From: an uncultured delta proteobacterium
GTDB taxonomy: Bacteria > Myxococcota_A > Polyangia > Polyangiales > Polyangiaceae
Length of the DNA: 64,000 nucleotides
Reading direction: 5' to 3'
Assembly (NCBI GenBank): GCA_963716725.1
Contig: CAVQUB010000002.1
Span: 224,001 to 288,000, forward strand
Position numbers and translations under genes: made by a program. The notes under the pieces are model-generated. The model saw only the letters and a program-made list of their open reading frames with translations. It made no database searches and was not told the DNA's origin. Shown one piece after another: positions 10,567 through 19,984 of the stretch. Each line of letters begins with the position of its first letter. Position 1 is the stretch's first letter.

Positions 10567-11823
10567 ATGGGCCGGTCGTACGAGTGCGGGGTGCGGAGGC
10601 GCCTCTGCCAGGTGATTTCCGGCGCCGTGAGCGCGCTCTCGGCTGTCGGACTCGTCGTGCTGCTCCCTCGTGGAGTCCGCGCGGACGACGGCGCTCGACC
10701 GATGGTCCAGATCGCGAAGATCCAGGAGGTCGACGGGATCTTCAAGGCGCCCCTCGAGGACGGCAGCAGCGCGGAGCTGACGCTCGATCCGGCGTTGCAG
10801 AAGAGCGCCGCACGCCTCTTGCAGCGCGCGCGCCCCATCGAGGGAGCGATCACGATGATCCACGCGCGCACCGGGCGCGTGCTGGTGTTCGCCGAGCAGA
10901 CGAAGAAGGGCGCCTCGGCCGGCAGCGTCCTACTGGCGTCGCGCCAGCCCGCCGCCAGCGTGTTCAAGCTCGTGACGACCACCGCACTGCTCGAACAACG
11001 CGTGGTGAGCGCCAAGACCGAGGTCTGCACCGCCGGGGGAAGCCACCGCATCGAGCGCCAGCACCTCGAGCCGCCACGCAAAGGCCGCGTAGTCTGCTCG
11101 CCCTTCGGGCTCGCGCTCGGGCACAGCCGCAACGCCGCCTTCGCCCAACTCGCCACGGCGCACCTGTCGCGCGACGAACTGGGCGACGCGGCCCGGCGCT
11201 ACGGCTTCAACCGGGCCCTGCCCTTCGACGCGCGAGCGCTCGTCGGCACGGTGAGCATCCCCGTCGGCGATCTCGATTTCGCGCGGACGGCAGCGGGCTT
11301 CTCCGGCAGCACGCTGTCGCCTCTCGGCGCGGCCCAACTTGCCTACACGGTCGCGACTGGGGGACGCCGCATGCGCATCCGGATGGTCGCCCGCGCGGAC
11401 GGCTTCGAAGCCCCGGAAGGGCGCGAAATGCTCGGCCGAGTCACCGACGAATGGACCGCGAGCCGGCTCGCTCGAATGATGGAAGTCACCGTGGCTGCTG
11501 GAACTTCCGCCGAGGCCTTCGCCGATCCGACCGGTCGCCAGTACCTGCCCCACATGAGGGTGGCGGGCAAGACCGGTACCTTGCAGCCTCGGCCCGATCA
11601 GCCCACGACGAGCTGGTTCACCGGCTTCGCGCCGAGCAAGAAGCCCGAAGTGATCGTGAGCGTGCTGCTGGTCAACGGCAAGTCGTGGAGGCGCAAGGCG
11701 AACGAGGTCGCCCGCGACATGCTGCGCGTGTACTTCCACTCGCGCGGCCGACGCGGAGTCAGCGATCCCTTCGAGGACTCGGCGACGCCTGCGGACGCGC
11801 CAGCGCGATCCGCGAAGCGCTGA
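10567..11823 (+). CDS. Penicillin-binding protein, transpeptidase domain
   Basis: 'LTLDPALQ', SxxK (SVFK), SxN (SRN), KTG (GKTGT), 'SWFTGFAP'; start uncertain. Confidence 0.85.
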   Translation: MGRSYECGVRRRLCQVISGAVSALSAVGLVVLLPRGVRADDGARPMVQIAKIQEVDGIFKAPLEDGSSAELTLDPALQKSAARLLQRARPIEGAITMIHARTGRVLVFAEQTKKGASAGSVLLASRQPAASVFKLVTTTALLEQRVVSAKTEVCTAGGSHRIERQHLEPPRKGRVVCSPFGLALGHSRNAAFAQLATAHLSRDELGDAARRYGFNRALPFDARALVGTVSIPVGDLDFARTAAGFSGSTLSPLGAAQLAYTVATGGRRMRIRMVARADGFEAPEGREMLGRVTDEWTASRLARMMEVTVAAGTSAEAFADPTGRQYLPHMRVAGKTGTLQPRPDQPTTSWFTGFAPSKKPEVIVSVLLVNGKSWRRKANEVARDMLRVYFHSRGRRGVSDPFEDSATPADAPARSAKR

Positions 11824-11999
11824 GCCTCCAGGACCTCGCTCCGAAGCACCGCGATTCGCGCGCGCAACGCCGCCAGCGCGGCATGGTGCCGCGATTCGAC
11901 GTCAGCGAAGGCCTCCTTCGAGAGGGCGTGCAGCTGATCGTCCGTCGGCTCGAAATCGGGATCGCCGAAGTTCGCGCGGGCTCCAGCCCTGTCGGTCAT
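11598..11999 (-). CDS. Putative small hypothetical protein (MTDRAGARANFGDPDFEPTDDQL...), overlaps the PBP 3' end
   Basis: TACGCT 7 nt upstream of the ATG; first ~58 codons lie in the intergenic gap and look like an acidic motif plus amphipathic helix. Confidence 0.45.
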   Translation of the reverse strand: MTDRAGARANFGDPDFEPTDDQLHALSKEAFADVESRHHAALAALRARIAVLRSEVLEAQRFADRAGASAGVAESSKGSLTPRRPREWKYTRSMSRATSFALRLHDLPLTSSTLTITSGFLLGAKPVNQLVVG

Positions 12000-12051
12000 G
12001 CTCCCGAGCGTACGGCAACCGGCGGGGGAGTCCACCCGCGAAGCCGCCAGC

Positions 12052-13788
12052 TCACCCGCGACGCGGTCGGCGGGACAATCCTGCCAGCGCGAGCAGCCCG
12101 AGCCCAAGGCTCGCGGCGCTGCCGTTGGTCGGCGCGCCGGGCGTGCTGCAGCCGCAACCCTTCTTGGGCGCCGCGGTCACCGGGCCTGCATCTGCGCCGG
12201 CGTCTTCGTCCACCGGCGTGCCGCTGAGCCCGAGGCTCGCGATGGGCGTCAGCACGACCTTGGCCGGATCGATCTGCTTGCGATCCTTACGCGTGAGGTC
12301 GGCCGCCACCCAGGTCTTGCGCAGGCCGCGGTACTCGCGGGGGGGCTTGCCCCAGCGCCAGCGCTCGGGCTTCTCGCACTTCATCATGCCCTTCCAGGGG
12401 TGGAAGGTGTTGAAGCGCGTCTGCAACTGGCTCTTGTCCGCAGGCTTGACCTCGCTCGAGATCTCCATCTTCTCGCCCTTGGGGATGGTCGCGCCGCCAG
12501 CGACGTGACCCGCCGGCACAATCTCGGGATCGTCGGGCAGGTTGCCGGCGTCGTAGCGGTGGTGCAGCCGAGTCACGACGTACTTCTGGCGGGCGAGCAG
12601 CGCCTTGCGACGAGCGAGCTCCACGCGATCGGCCGCCAGTTGCTTCTTGGCTTTCGGGCGCTCCGCGGGCTTCAGCTCCTTGAGCTCGGCTTCCTCTTTC
12701 TTCTTCTCTTCCTCCGTCATCTCGGGAGGCTTGGGGTTGCGTTCTTCTTCGGGCACGAGCAACTCGAGCACGTCGCCGCCCAGCGTGAGCAGCTCGTGGG
12801 GCAAGAGCGGCTCGTTCTGGCACGGGTGACCACAGCCCTCAGCGGGCCAGGCGAACTCGACCAAGAACGACTTGGGTTCCTTGGCTTGAATCATGTCGTG
12901 GATCGCGGCGTAGAACTCGCCCACGCGCTCCTTGACGGCGAAGTCGACCATGATGTTGGTGGGCGGATAAATGTTGCCGTAGTTCTTCACTTCGTAGCGC
13001 TTGTCCGGGCTCAGCACGTAGACGAAGAGCTCCTGCTTCTTGTCGATGCTGAGCAGGCCCAGCTTCGCGGGGATCTTGCTGACCGCGGTCGCGGTCGACC
13101 AACGGATGGGCGAGAGCGAGGCCCGCTCGCCGCCGACCAGCTCCACGCGCTTGGTATCGACCTCCGCCACGATCACGTTCATGCCGGCGTCCAGGTAGGG
13201 CTTGATGGCCGCGCTGGCCTTGTCGCTCACGAGGTAGCCCTTGCCCTTCAGGAAGCCGGCGAGGTCACCGGTCTGATCCTTGCCGAGCACGCTGATGGTG
13301 TATTCGCCCTCCTTGAAGTCGGGCTCCACCGTCATCAGCATCTCCTTCGGCACCTTCTTTTCGCCGCCCACCTGGCCGCCGCCGAGGAACGCCGTCTCCG
13401 CGCTGGCGAGCTTCGAGCGCTCCCACTCTTGCTCGAGCGGTCCCGGATCGCAGGGGTCCATCTCCCAGAACTCCATGAAGCGCGGCGCGGTGAGCATCTC
13501 CATGCGATCCAGGAACTCGCGCTTGAGCGTCTTCACTTTGTCGGCCGTCACGTCTGCCGGCACCGGCATCACGATGGCGAAGGGCTCCAGCGATCCCTCG
13601 TAGTCCGGCATCACACTGACGATGGTTGTGTCGCCTTGTGGCATGATGGCGATGTGGGTTGCGTGGGCGGTGCCCACGCCCTCCTTCTTGCCGACGAAGA
13701 AACCGGGAAAGGCCTCGGCTGCTGGCGCGGCGGTGATGAGCGCGGCGGCCAGAAGCGACGAGGCGGCGGTGGTGATGGGCGTTCGCAT
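12052..13788 (-). CDS. DUF2330-like secreted protein with MYXO-CTERM sorting signal
   Basis: Signal peptide ending AEA-FPGFFV; 'FAIVMPVP', 'TRLHHRY'; C-terminal 'KKGCGCS...LGLGLLALAGLSRRPRR'. Confidence 0.8.
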   Translation of the reverse strand: MRTPITTAASSLLAAALITAAPAAEAFPGFFVGKKEGVGTAHATHIAIMPQGDTTIVSVMPDYEGSLEPFAIVMPVPADVTADKVKTLKREFLDRMEMLTAPRFMEFWEMDPCDPGPLEQEWERSKLASAETAFLGGGQVGGEKKVPKEMLMTVEPDFKEGEYTISVLGKDQTGDLAGFLKGKGYLVSDKASAAIKPYLDAGMNVIVAEVDTKRVELVGGERASLSPIRWSTATAVSKIPAKLGLLSIDKKQELFVYVLSPDKRYEVKNYGNIYPPTNIMVDFAVKERVGEFYAAIHDMIQAKEPKSFLVEFAWPAEGCGHPCQNEPLLPHELLTLGGDVLELLVPEEERNPKPPEMTEEEKKKEEAELKELKPAERPKAKKQLAADRVELARRKALLARQKYVVTRLHHRYDAGNLPDDPEIVPAGHVAGGATIPKGEKMEISSEVKPADKSQLQTRFNTFHPWKGMMKCEKPERWRWGKPPREYRGLRKTWVAADLTRKDRKQIDPAKVVLTPIASLGLSGTPVDEDAGADAGPVTAAPKKGCGCSTPGAPTNGSAASLGLGLLALAGLSRRPRRG

Positions 13789-13889
13789 CGGGGCCGGAGA
13801 CTAGCCGACCGTCCGGGGCTCGGCGACAGGCTTCGAGGGGGGGGTGGCCGGGCCGCGCGCCCCGACTCCATGCTATGACCCCGGCCGCC

Positions 13890-15026
13890 ATGGACCTCGA
13901 GCTGAACGAGACCCAGAAGCTGATCGCCAAATCGGCGAGCGACTTCGCCGCGCGCGTGGTCGCGCCGCGCGCCGCCGAGCTGGACAAGAGCGGCGTGTTC
14001 CCCAGCGAGACGGTCCAGGGGCTGGCCGAGCAAGGCCTACTCGGGGTGAACCTGCCGAGCCGCTACGGCGGCGCCGAGGCCGGCGCCGTCTCGTACGCCC
14101 TGGCCATGATCGAGATCGCCAAGGCTTGCGCTTCGACGGCCGTCACCATGGCGGTCACCAACATGGTCGGCGAGGTGGTTCAGACCTTCGGCAGCGAGGC
14201 GCAGCGCGACGAGCACTTGCCCAAGCTCACCAGCGGCGAACACGTGACCGGTGCCTTCGCGCTGAGCGAGCCCGGTGCGGGCAGCGACGCCGCCAACCTG
14301 ACAACCACCGCGACCAAGACCGACGCCGGTTGGGTGATCGACGGGCAGAAACAGTGGATCACCAACGGTGGCTACGCGGGCCTATTCGTGGTCTGGGCAC
14401 GCACCAGCGGACCCGGCGCCAAGGGCATCTCGACCTTCTTGGTGAAGAAGAACACGCCCGGACTCAGCATCGGTCGCCCGGAGAACAAACACGGGCTGCG
14501 TGGCTCCAACACCGTACCCCTGACCTTCGACGAGTGCCTGGTGCCGGCCTCGGCGCTGCTCGGCGAAGAGGGCATGGGGTTCCGCGTCGCCATGATGGCC
14601 CTCGACGGCGGCCGCATCGGCATCTCGTCTCAGGCCATTGGCATCGGAACTGCGGCGCTCGAAGCCTCCGTCGCCTACGCCAAGGAGCGACAGGCCTTCG
14701 GGCGTCCGATCGCTGATTTTCAGGCCATTCAGTGGATGCTCGCGGATAGCCGGACGGAGCTGGAAGCAGCACGCCTGCTGTGTCTGCGCGCCGCGACGCT
14801 CAAGGAGAAGGGCGCAGCCTTCACCCGCGAAGCCTCCATCTCCAAGCTCTTTGCCAGCGAGGCGGCCAACCGCGTCTGCAATCGCGCCATGCAAATCCAT
14901 GGTGGATACGGCTACACGCGGGAGTTTCCCGTGGAGCGCTACTTGCGGGACGTGCGGATCACCACCATCTACGAGGGCACGAGCGAGATCCAACGCATGG
15001 TCATCGCTCGAGACATCCTCCGATAG
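13890..15026 (+). CDS. Acyl-CoA dehydrogenase (short-chain/butyryl-CoA type)
   Basis: FALSEPGAGSD, GQKQWITNG, LDGGRIGI, QIHGGYGY, IYEGTSEIQR. Confidence 0.95.
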   Translation: MDLELNETQKLIAKSASDFAARVVAPRAAELDKSGVFPSETVQGLAEQGLLGVNLPSRYGGAEAGAVSYALAMIEIAKACASTAVTMAVTNMVGEVVQTFGSEAQRDEHLPKLTSGEHVTGAFALSEPGAGSDAANLTTTATKTDAGWVIDGQKQWITNGGYAGLFVVWARTSGPGAKGISTFLVKKNTPGLSIGRPENKHGLRGSNTVPLTFDECLVPASALLGEEGMGFRVAMMALDGGRIGISSQAIGIGTAALEASVAYAKERQAFGRPIADFQAIQWMLADSRTELEAARLLCLRAATLKEKGAAFTREASISKLFASEAANRVCNRAMQIHGGYGYTREFPVERYLRDVRITTIYEGTSEIQRMVIARDILR

Positions 15027-15037
15027 AGCCTACCCAC

Positions 15038-15625
15038 GTGCACGTCGACCTCTCCCGGATCCGCAGCGCGCTCTCGCCCAACTTCACTCCGCTGAGGCCC
15101 GGCGACGCAGGCCAATACGCGGCGGTGGCCACCGTCTTGCGCCCCGGACCGACCGGCGCCGAAGTGCTCTTGATCCGCCGCGCCGAGCACGCGGATGATC
15201 CTTGGTCCGGCCAGATGGCTTTCCCCGGCGGTCGCTTCGCACCGGACGACGCGGATCTGCTCGCGACCGCTCGGCGTGAGACCCGCGAGGAGGTGGGGCT
15301 CGATCTCGGGCGCGCGGCGCGCCTGCTCGGCCCCCTCGATCTACTGCCCGCCGTGGCGCGTGGCCGACGCGTCGGCCTGACCATCGCACCCTTCGTCTTC
15401 GAGCTCGCAGACGACCTCGAGCTGCGCCCGAACCACGAGGTGCTCGAAGCGCTGTGGGCACCGCTCACGGATCTGGCGCGGGGAGCCAACCGCGAAACCG
15501 TCGCTTACGTGCACGAGGGGCAAGAACTCCAGCTGCCGGGCTGGAACGTGAACGGCCGCGTGGTGTGGGGGCTCACCTACCGCATGCTCGAGTCGCTGAT
15601 CAACCGGGTCAGGGAACCTCGTTGA
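15038..15625 (+). CDS. NUDIX hydrolase, CoA pyrophosphatase family
   Basis: 'LLIRRA...WSGQMAFPGG', Nudix box 'ATARRETREEVGL', 'VWGLT'. Confidence 0.88.
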   Translation: MHVDLSRIRSALSPNFTPLRPGDAGQYAAVATVLRPGPTGAEVLLIRRAEHADDPWSGQMAFPGGRFAPDDADLLATARRETREEVGLDLGRAARLLGPLDLLPAVARGRRVGLTIAPFVFELADDLELRPNHEVLEALWAPLTDLARGANRETVAYVHEGQELQLPGWNVNGRVVWGLTYRMLESLINRVREPR

Positions 15626-17102
15626 TCTGCGGATCGCAGGCCTGAGCAAAGTCGCAGACGCCGCCGCCCTTGGCGGTGATCGTGAGCGTGTACTGCGAGC
15701 AGGTGCCCGTCGCGCCCGCTTTGCGGCGCACTCGCACCAGATAGGCCTTGGTGTGGGGACCGCAGTGGATGGCCGCGGTGGGCCCGCAGGCCTTCTCTCC
15801 CATCTTGGAGCCCGCCGGTCCCGTGCCGTCCACGCACCAGTCGTAGGCGGTCAGCCCCGAATGCTTGGCGTCTGGCGTGCTGCACGCGCCGCCGCGGATC
15901 ACGTCGAACACGAACTCGCTATTGGTCGTGGGCGCGGTGAACAAGATCTTGACGTGATAACTGTTGGTCGTGCCCTCGTCGCTGTCGACGGTGGTGAAGC
16001 GCCACCAGTCCGCGTCGCTGTCAGAGCTCAGGGTTCCCGAGATGGTGAGCGGCGTGGTGTTGGCATCGGTGACGCTGCCGGCCGACGGCGCCGTCACGCT
16101 GCAGGTGTCGTTGGCGGGTTCATTGGTATCGAGCTTGCAGGCGCAGCCGTTCTTGACGGGCCCAGGCGGGTAGGCTGCATATCCCGTGCTGCAAGACCCG
16201 ATCACGCAGGCGCCGAAGGTGCAGGTCCAGGTGGCGTTCGGGATGGTGCCCTGCGCGGCGCACAGCTTGGCGTCGGTGTCGTCGTCGGGGGTGCCGTTGC
16301 AGTCGTTGTCGGCGCCGTCGCAGATCTCCGCCTGGGGCGCCCCGGCCGTGCAGCCCTCCCACTGGCCCGTGGCCCCGTTGCAGGTCTCGGTTCCTTCGCA
16401 GGTCACCGATCCGTTCGTCTTGGTGCAGCGCCGCTTCACACCGTGGCGCTCGGAGGTGCACGGACAGCTCGCGCCGTTCTTCGGCACGCACATTTTGAGC
16501 GGCTTGGTGGGGGAACCCGCCTCTCCGCTGCCCGCATCGGGCGCGCCCGCATCGATCTGAGGCATTCCCGGCGGATAGGATCCGACCGCAACGCAATCGA
16601 ATCCGGACGGACAGGTCGAGTCCCAGGAGCAGTCCCGAGCGCAAAAGCGATCGATGTTTGGCGAGGGAGTGCAGCGATCGCCCAACAGGGGGCACTCCGC
16701 GTCCAGCGTGCACTTGTCGCATTGGTTGCCGACGTCCGGCACGCAGACGTATCCGTGCGTCGGATGGAAGGTGCAGTACCCGCCGGCGGGGCAGGCCCCC
16801 GAAGCCGGGCACTTCTGGATGCACACCTGCTTCGGGGTCCCTTGGCCGATGTCCGCGCAAAACCCCGTGCCGCAGTCGGCGGTCTGCGTGCAGGGCGAGC
16901 CGAAGCTGCCCGTCGGCCAGCCGCCGTCGTTGCCGGCGATGCCGCCGTCCTTGCCGCCGCCACCGCTGCCATCCGCCGAGGCGTCGCCACCCCCGGCACC
17001 GCCGGGCGGACCGTCCTCGACGCCAACCTCCTCTGCGCAGCCGACGAACCAGATCATCGCCACCGCGACAGCGAAAGCGATGAGGTGTCGCGCGCTGACC
17101 AC
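15609..17102 (-). CDS. Cys-rich lipoprotein with putative metal-binding (EICDGxDNDCNG) motif
   Basis: Lipobox FVGC, Gly-rich linker, many Cys repeats, EICDGADNDCNG, C-terminal PPC-like 'EPANDT...DADWWRF'. Confidence 0.75.
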   Translation of the reverse strand: MVSARHLIAFAVAVAMIWFVGCAEEVGVEDGPPGGAGGGDASADGSGGGGKDGGIAGNDGGWPTGSFGSPCTQTADCGTGFCADIGQGTPKQVCIQKCPASGACPAGGYCTFHPTHGYVCVPDVGNQCDKCTLDAECPLLGDRCTPSPNIDRFCARDCSWDSTCPSGFDCVAVGSYPPGMPQIDAGAPDAGSGEAGSPTKPLKMCVPKNGASCPCTSERHGVKRRCTKTNGSVTCEGTETCNGATGQWEGCTAGAPQAEICDGADNDCNGTPDDDTDAKLCAAQGTIPNATWTCTFGACVIGSCSTGYAAYPPGPVKNGCACKLDTNEPANDTCSVTAPSAGSVTDANTTPLTISGTLSSDSDADWWRFTTVDSDEGTTNSYHVKILFTAPTTNSEFVFDVIRGGACSTPDAKHSGLTAYDWCVDGTGPAGSKMGEKACGPTAAIHCGPHTKAYLVRVRRKAGATGTCSQYTLTITAKGGGVCDFAQACDPQINEVP

Positions 17103-17239
17103 CGGATTTCGAGGATATGCCCCGACGCATGACCCGTCAAACGCGCGGCTGCCTCGCGCTCATCGCTCGAGGCCCCTCGCCGGGCGGGGCGGGCTGAATT
17201 AGGCTCTCTGCGACTCGTGAGGGAGCCGCGTCGAAATCC

Positions 17240-18025
17240 ATGAATCCGGTGATCTCGGGCGAGGTTGGCGCGGGCGGCCGCTGCAAAGTGTGCAGCGGTA
17301 CGCTCTCGGAGTCGTTGCGCTGCGAGCAATGTGGGGCGGTCTACGGCGACAAGAACCGCTGCCCCCACTGCCGTTCGGTCGCCGACGTCGAGCCCGCCGA
17401 GCCGCTGCGCTTTCGATGTCGGATCTGCGGCGGTCCGCGCGTACCGGTCGATGATCACGAGGTGGTCCGGACCGGACGCGAAGTCCCGGTGCTGAAGCAG
17501 GCGAAGAAGGCCCACGCCATCCGCGCGGCCTGGGCAGTGGGAGCCGGCGTGGTGGGCGGGTTCGGCGTGCTCTCGCTGCTCGCGACGCTGCTGGTCATTG
17601 CCTTCGGCGTCGGCGCCATCGCTTCGGTGCTTCTGCTGGCGGCGAACGCCGTCCCATTCCTGGCGGCCGCACTGGCTTGGAAGAAGTCGAAGAAGCAGGG
17701 CAAGCTCCGGGACCAACTCATGGACGATGCCTGGAGCCTGGTGGCTTCGGACGTGCTCGCCCACGCTGGCAACGAGCTTGCAGCCGAAGATCTGGCGAAG
17801 ATCATGCGCGTCGAAGTCGACCGCGCCGAACTGATCCTGGCTCACCTGAGCGCCCACGACTACGTGCACGCGCGCGTGACCGAAGAGGGTGACATCGCCT
17901 ATTCGGTCGGGCCTTCCAAGCTCCGGATCGAGTCGCCCGTCGAAGACCCGCCCGTCGACGATCTCGAGGCTCAGGAAGAGCCGGAAGCGCTGGTCCAGGC
18001 GCGAGCGCCCAAGCCCGAGCCCTGA
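17240..18025 (+). CDS. Zinc-ribbon membrane protein
   Basis: Four CxxC pairs (CKVC, CEQC, CPHC, CRIC), two hydrophobic segments, C-terminal wHTH-like stretch. Confidence 0.7.
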   Translation: MNPVISGEVGAGGRCKVCSGTLSESLRCEQCGAVYGDKNRCPHCRSVADVEPAEPLRFRCRICGGPRVPVDDHEVVRTGREVPVLKQAKKAHAIRAAWAVGAGVVGGFGVLSLLATLLVIAFGVGAIASVLLLAANAVPFLAAALAWKKSKKQGKLRDQLMDDAWSLVASDVLAHAGNELAAEDLAKIMRVEVDRAELILAHLSAHDYVHARVTEEGDIAYSVGPSKLRIESPVEDPPVDDLEAQEEPEALVQARAPKPEP

Positions 18026-18173
18026 AGCGACCGCGAAGCCGGCTTCCCTGTCTGCGAAATCCAGTTCGCGCCTGGCCCCGAACAGGCAGGCCGCCGGGGT
18101 AGAAATCCGAGGGCTCCGGCGACTGGCGGTTGGTATGGGATTCGCTGTAGAAACGGCCCAGCCGAAGCGAGCC

Positions 18174-19181
18174 ATGGCGATCGATCACCAGAGCATGTAC
18201 CTGAGCCGCGACGACGCGGAGCCCGATGGCTTCGTTCGGCGGCTGGTGCGCGAGCTTGGAGTGCACGACTGGCTCGTGCTCGTGTTCCTGGTGATCTTGA
18301 CGGTGATCGCCCTGCGCTGCGAGCCCTCTCACGATCAGCGGGTCTCGGCGATCCGCATGGGGTCGCTGCTCGCATTCCAAGTCGCAACGCTGATCCTGGT
18401 CCGCGGCCGCATCCTCAAGCACGGCTTCTGGGCGCCGCTCATGTACCGCTTCGCGATCTACGGCACGGTCCAGCTCAGCTATTTCTTCCTCGCTCGGCTC
18501 TTGCCGCTGGTCAACCCGAGCACGGTCGACCTCGAACTCTACCAGCTCGACCTTCGCTTGTTCGGCTTCGAGCCCGCCATCGCCATGGACGCCATCGTCA
18601 CCCCGGTGACCACCGAGTGGTTTGCGTTCTTCTACTTCGGCTACTTCTTCCTGCTGGCGATCCACGTGATCCCGGTGCTCTTGTTCTCGCGGAGCACGCG
18701 CCTGCTCTCGGAGTTCGCCCTGGGCATGCTCACCGTGTTCTGCGTGGGTCACCTCGTGTACATGCTGGTGCCGGGCTACGGCCCATATCGTGCGCTGGCC
18801 TCCGAGTTCCACAACACGCTGCCCCACGGCATGTGGCGCGACATGGTCATGGCCACGGTGGCCTCCGGCGGCTCGCAGATGGACATCTTCCCGTCGCTGC
18901 ACACCGCTGCGCCGACCTTCATCGCGCTCTTCAGCTTCCGCCACCGGGACAAACTCCCCTTCAAGGCGAGCTGGCCGGTCACCGCGTTCTGCGCGGTCAA
19001 CATCGTGGGCGCCACGATGTTCCTGCGCTGGCACTACGTCATCGACGTGATCGCCGGGCTCTGCCTGGCGACCCTCGCGTTCCAGGTCGGCGTGCGGGTC
19101 ACCGCCTGGGAACTGGCGCGGCGCAGCGAGGCTCGCCTGTCGGAGTCCTGGCCCCGCTTCCGGCGCGGGGCCCTGCCCTGA
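18174..19181 (+). CDS. PAP2-family membrane protein, inositol-phosphorylceramide synthase (AUR1)-like
   Basis: Multiple TM helices; 'PGYGP', 'DIFPSLH', 'RWHYVIDVIAG' catalytic motifs. Confidence 0.8.
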   Translation: MAIDHQSMYLSRDDAEPDGFVRRLVRELGVHDWLVLVFLVILTVIALRCEPSHDQRVSAIRMGSLLAFQVATLILVRGRILKHGFWAPLMYRFAIYGTVQLSYFFLARLLPLVNPSTVDLELYQLDLRLFGFEPAIAMDAIVTPVTTEWFAFFYFGYFFLLAIHVIPVLLFSRSTRLLSEFALGMLTVFCVGHLVYMLVPGYGPYRALASEFHNTLPHGMWRDMVMATVASGGSQMDIFPSLHTAAPTFIALFSFRHRDKLPFKASWPVTAFCAVNIVGATMFLRWHYVIDVIAGLCLATLAFQVGVRVTAWELARRSEARLSESWPRFRRGALP

Positions 19182-19185
19182 GCCG

Positions 19186-19839
19186 TCACTTCTCGTAGAC
19201 CTGCGCTGCCGCGATGCCGGAGCCGGCGGACACGATCATCACGACCTTGAGCGGGGCCGGCATGGGCGCGGGCCACTTCCAGCAGTTCGGGTGGGGCGCG
19301 GCCACTGCGTTCGGCGCCGTCGTCTGATCGGTGGCCAGCACCGGCGAGCCGAACCCAGGCAGTGGGCTCTGGGCAACCAGCTGCAGATCCAGGTTCTGCA
19401 CGTTCGGCAGCCCGGCGCCGACGATCGAATAACACTTGCCGGGCTGGGCGGTGAACGTGGTCTCGAGGGTCTGGCCTTGCTGGAAGTTGCCGGCCATCAT
19501 GGTCCCGCCGACGGCCTTCGCGCCCGGCGCGTTCTGCTTCGCCAGCAGATCGAGGGCCTGCCCCGCCGCAGCAGCGCTGGCCGCGTCGAGGGGCGCTGCG
19601 CTGGAGCCCGTCGTGGCGGTGGGCACCGGCGGCGGTGGGGGCGGCGTGGTGGCCGTCGCGGTCGCGGTCGGAGGCGGCGCGGTCGCCACGCACATCTGTC
19701 CGTTCCACGCCTGCCCCGGCGGGCAGCCTGGTCCCGGGCCGGGACCCACGTTCGACTCTTCGCCGCCCTTCTTCTTACAGCCCCCGAGGGACGCGGCGAG
19801 GCAGAGTGAGAGCGTCAGAAGTCCAAGCGTTCGTGCCAT
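19186..19839 (-). CDS. Pro-rich lipoprotein with PPC-like C-terminal domain
   Basis: GGAGG RBS; lipobox LGGC; 'GKCYSIVGAG...NLDLQL' typical of myxobacterial PPC-like domains. Confidence 0.7.
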   Translation of the reverse strand: MARTLGLLTLSLCLAASLGGCKKKGGEESNVGPGPGPGCPPGQAWNGQMCVATAPPPTATATATTPPPPPPVPTATTGSSAAPLDAASAAAAGQALDLLAKQNAPGAKAVGGTMMAGNFQQGQTLETTFTAQPGKCYSIVGAGLPNVQNLDLQLVAQSPLPGFGSPVLATDQTTAPNAVAAPHPNCWKWPAPMPAPLKVVMIVSAGSGIAAAQVYEK

Positions 19840-19888
19840 TGAGTGATCCTCCGCCGAGAGAAACGCCGGGAGGCGCGGGAGCTTACAG

Positions 19889-19926
19889 ACGGCAGATCCA
19901 CAGGAAGGCGGGAAGGCGGGAAGGCG
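19889..19926. repeat. 38-bp direct repeat copy 1 (ACGGCAGATCCACAGGAAGGCGGGAAGGCGGGAAGGCG)
   Basis: 36/38 identical to 21736-21773; contains tandem GGAAGGCG units. Confidence 0.9.
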
Positions 19927-19943
19927 GGAGGCTCGTGGCCGTC

Positions 19944-19977
19944 TTGACAACGCCGGGGGGGGGGGGGGGGCTACCCT
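19944..19977 (+). promoter_or_regulatory. Sigma70-type promoter with poly-G spacer (TTGACA-ACGCC-G16-C-TACCCT)
   Basis: Consensus -35 at 19944-19949, G16 at 19955-19970, -10-like TACCCT at 19972-19977, ATG 7 nt downstream. Confidence 0.65.
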
Positions 19978-19984
19978 CATCGTC

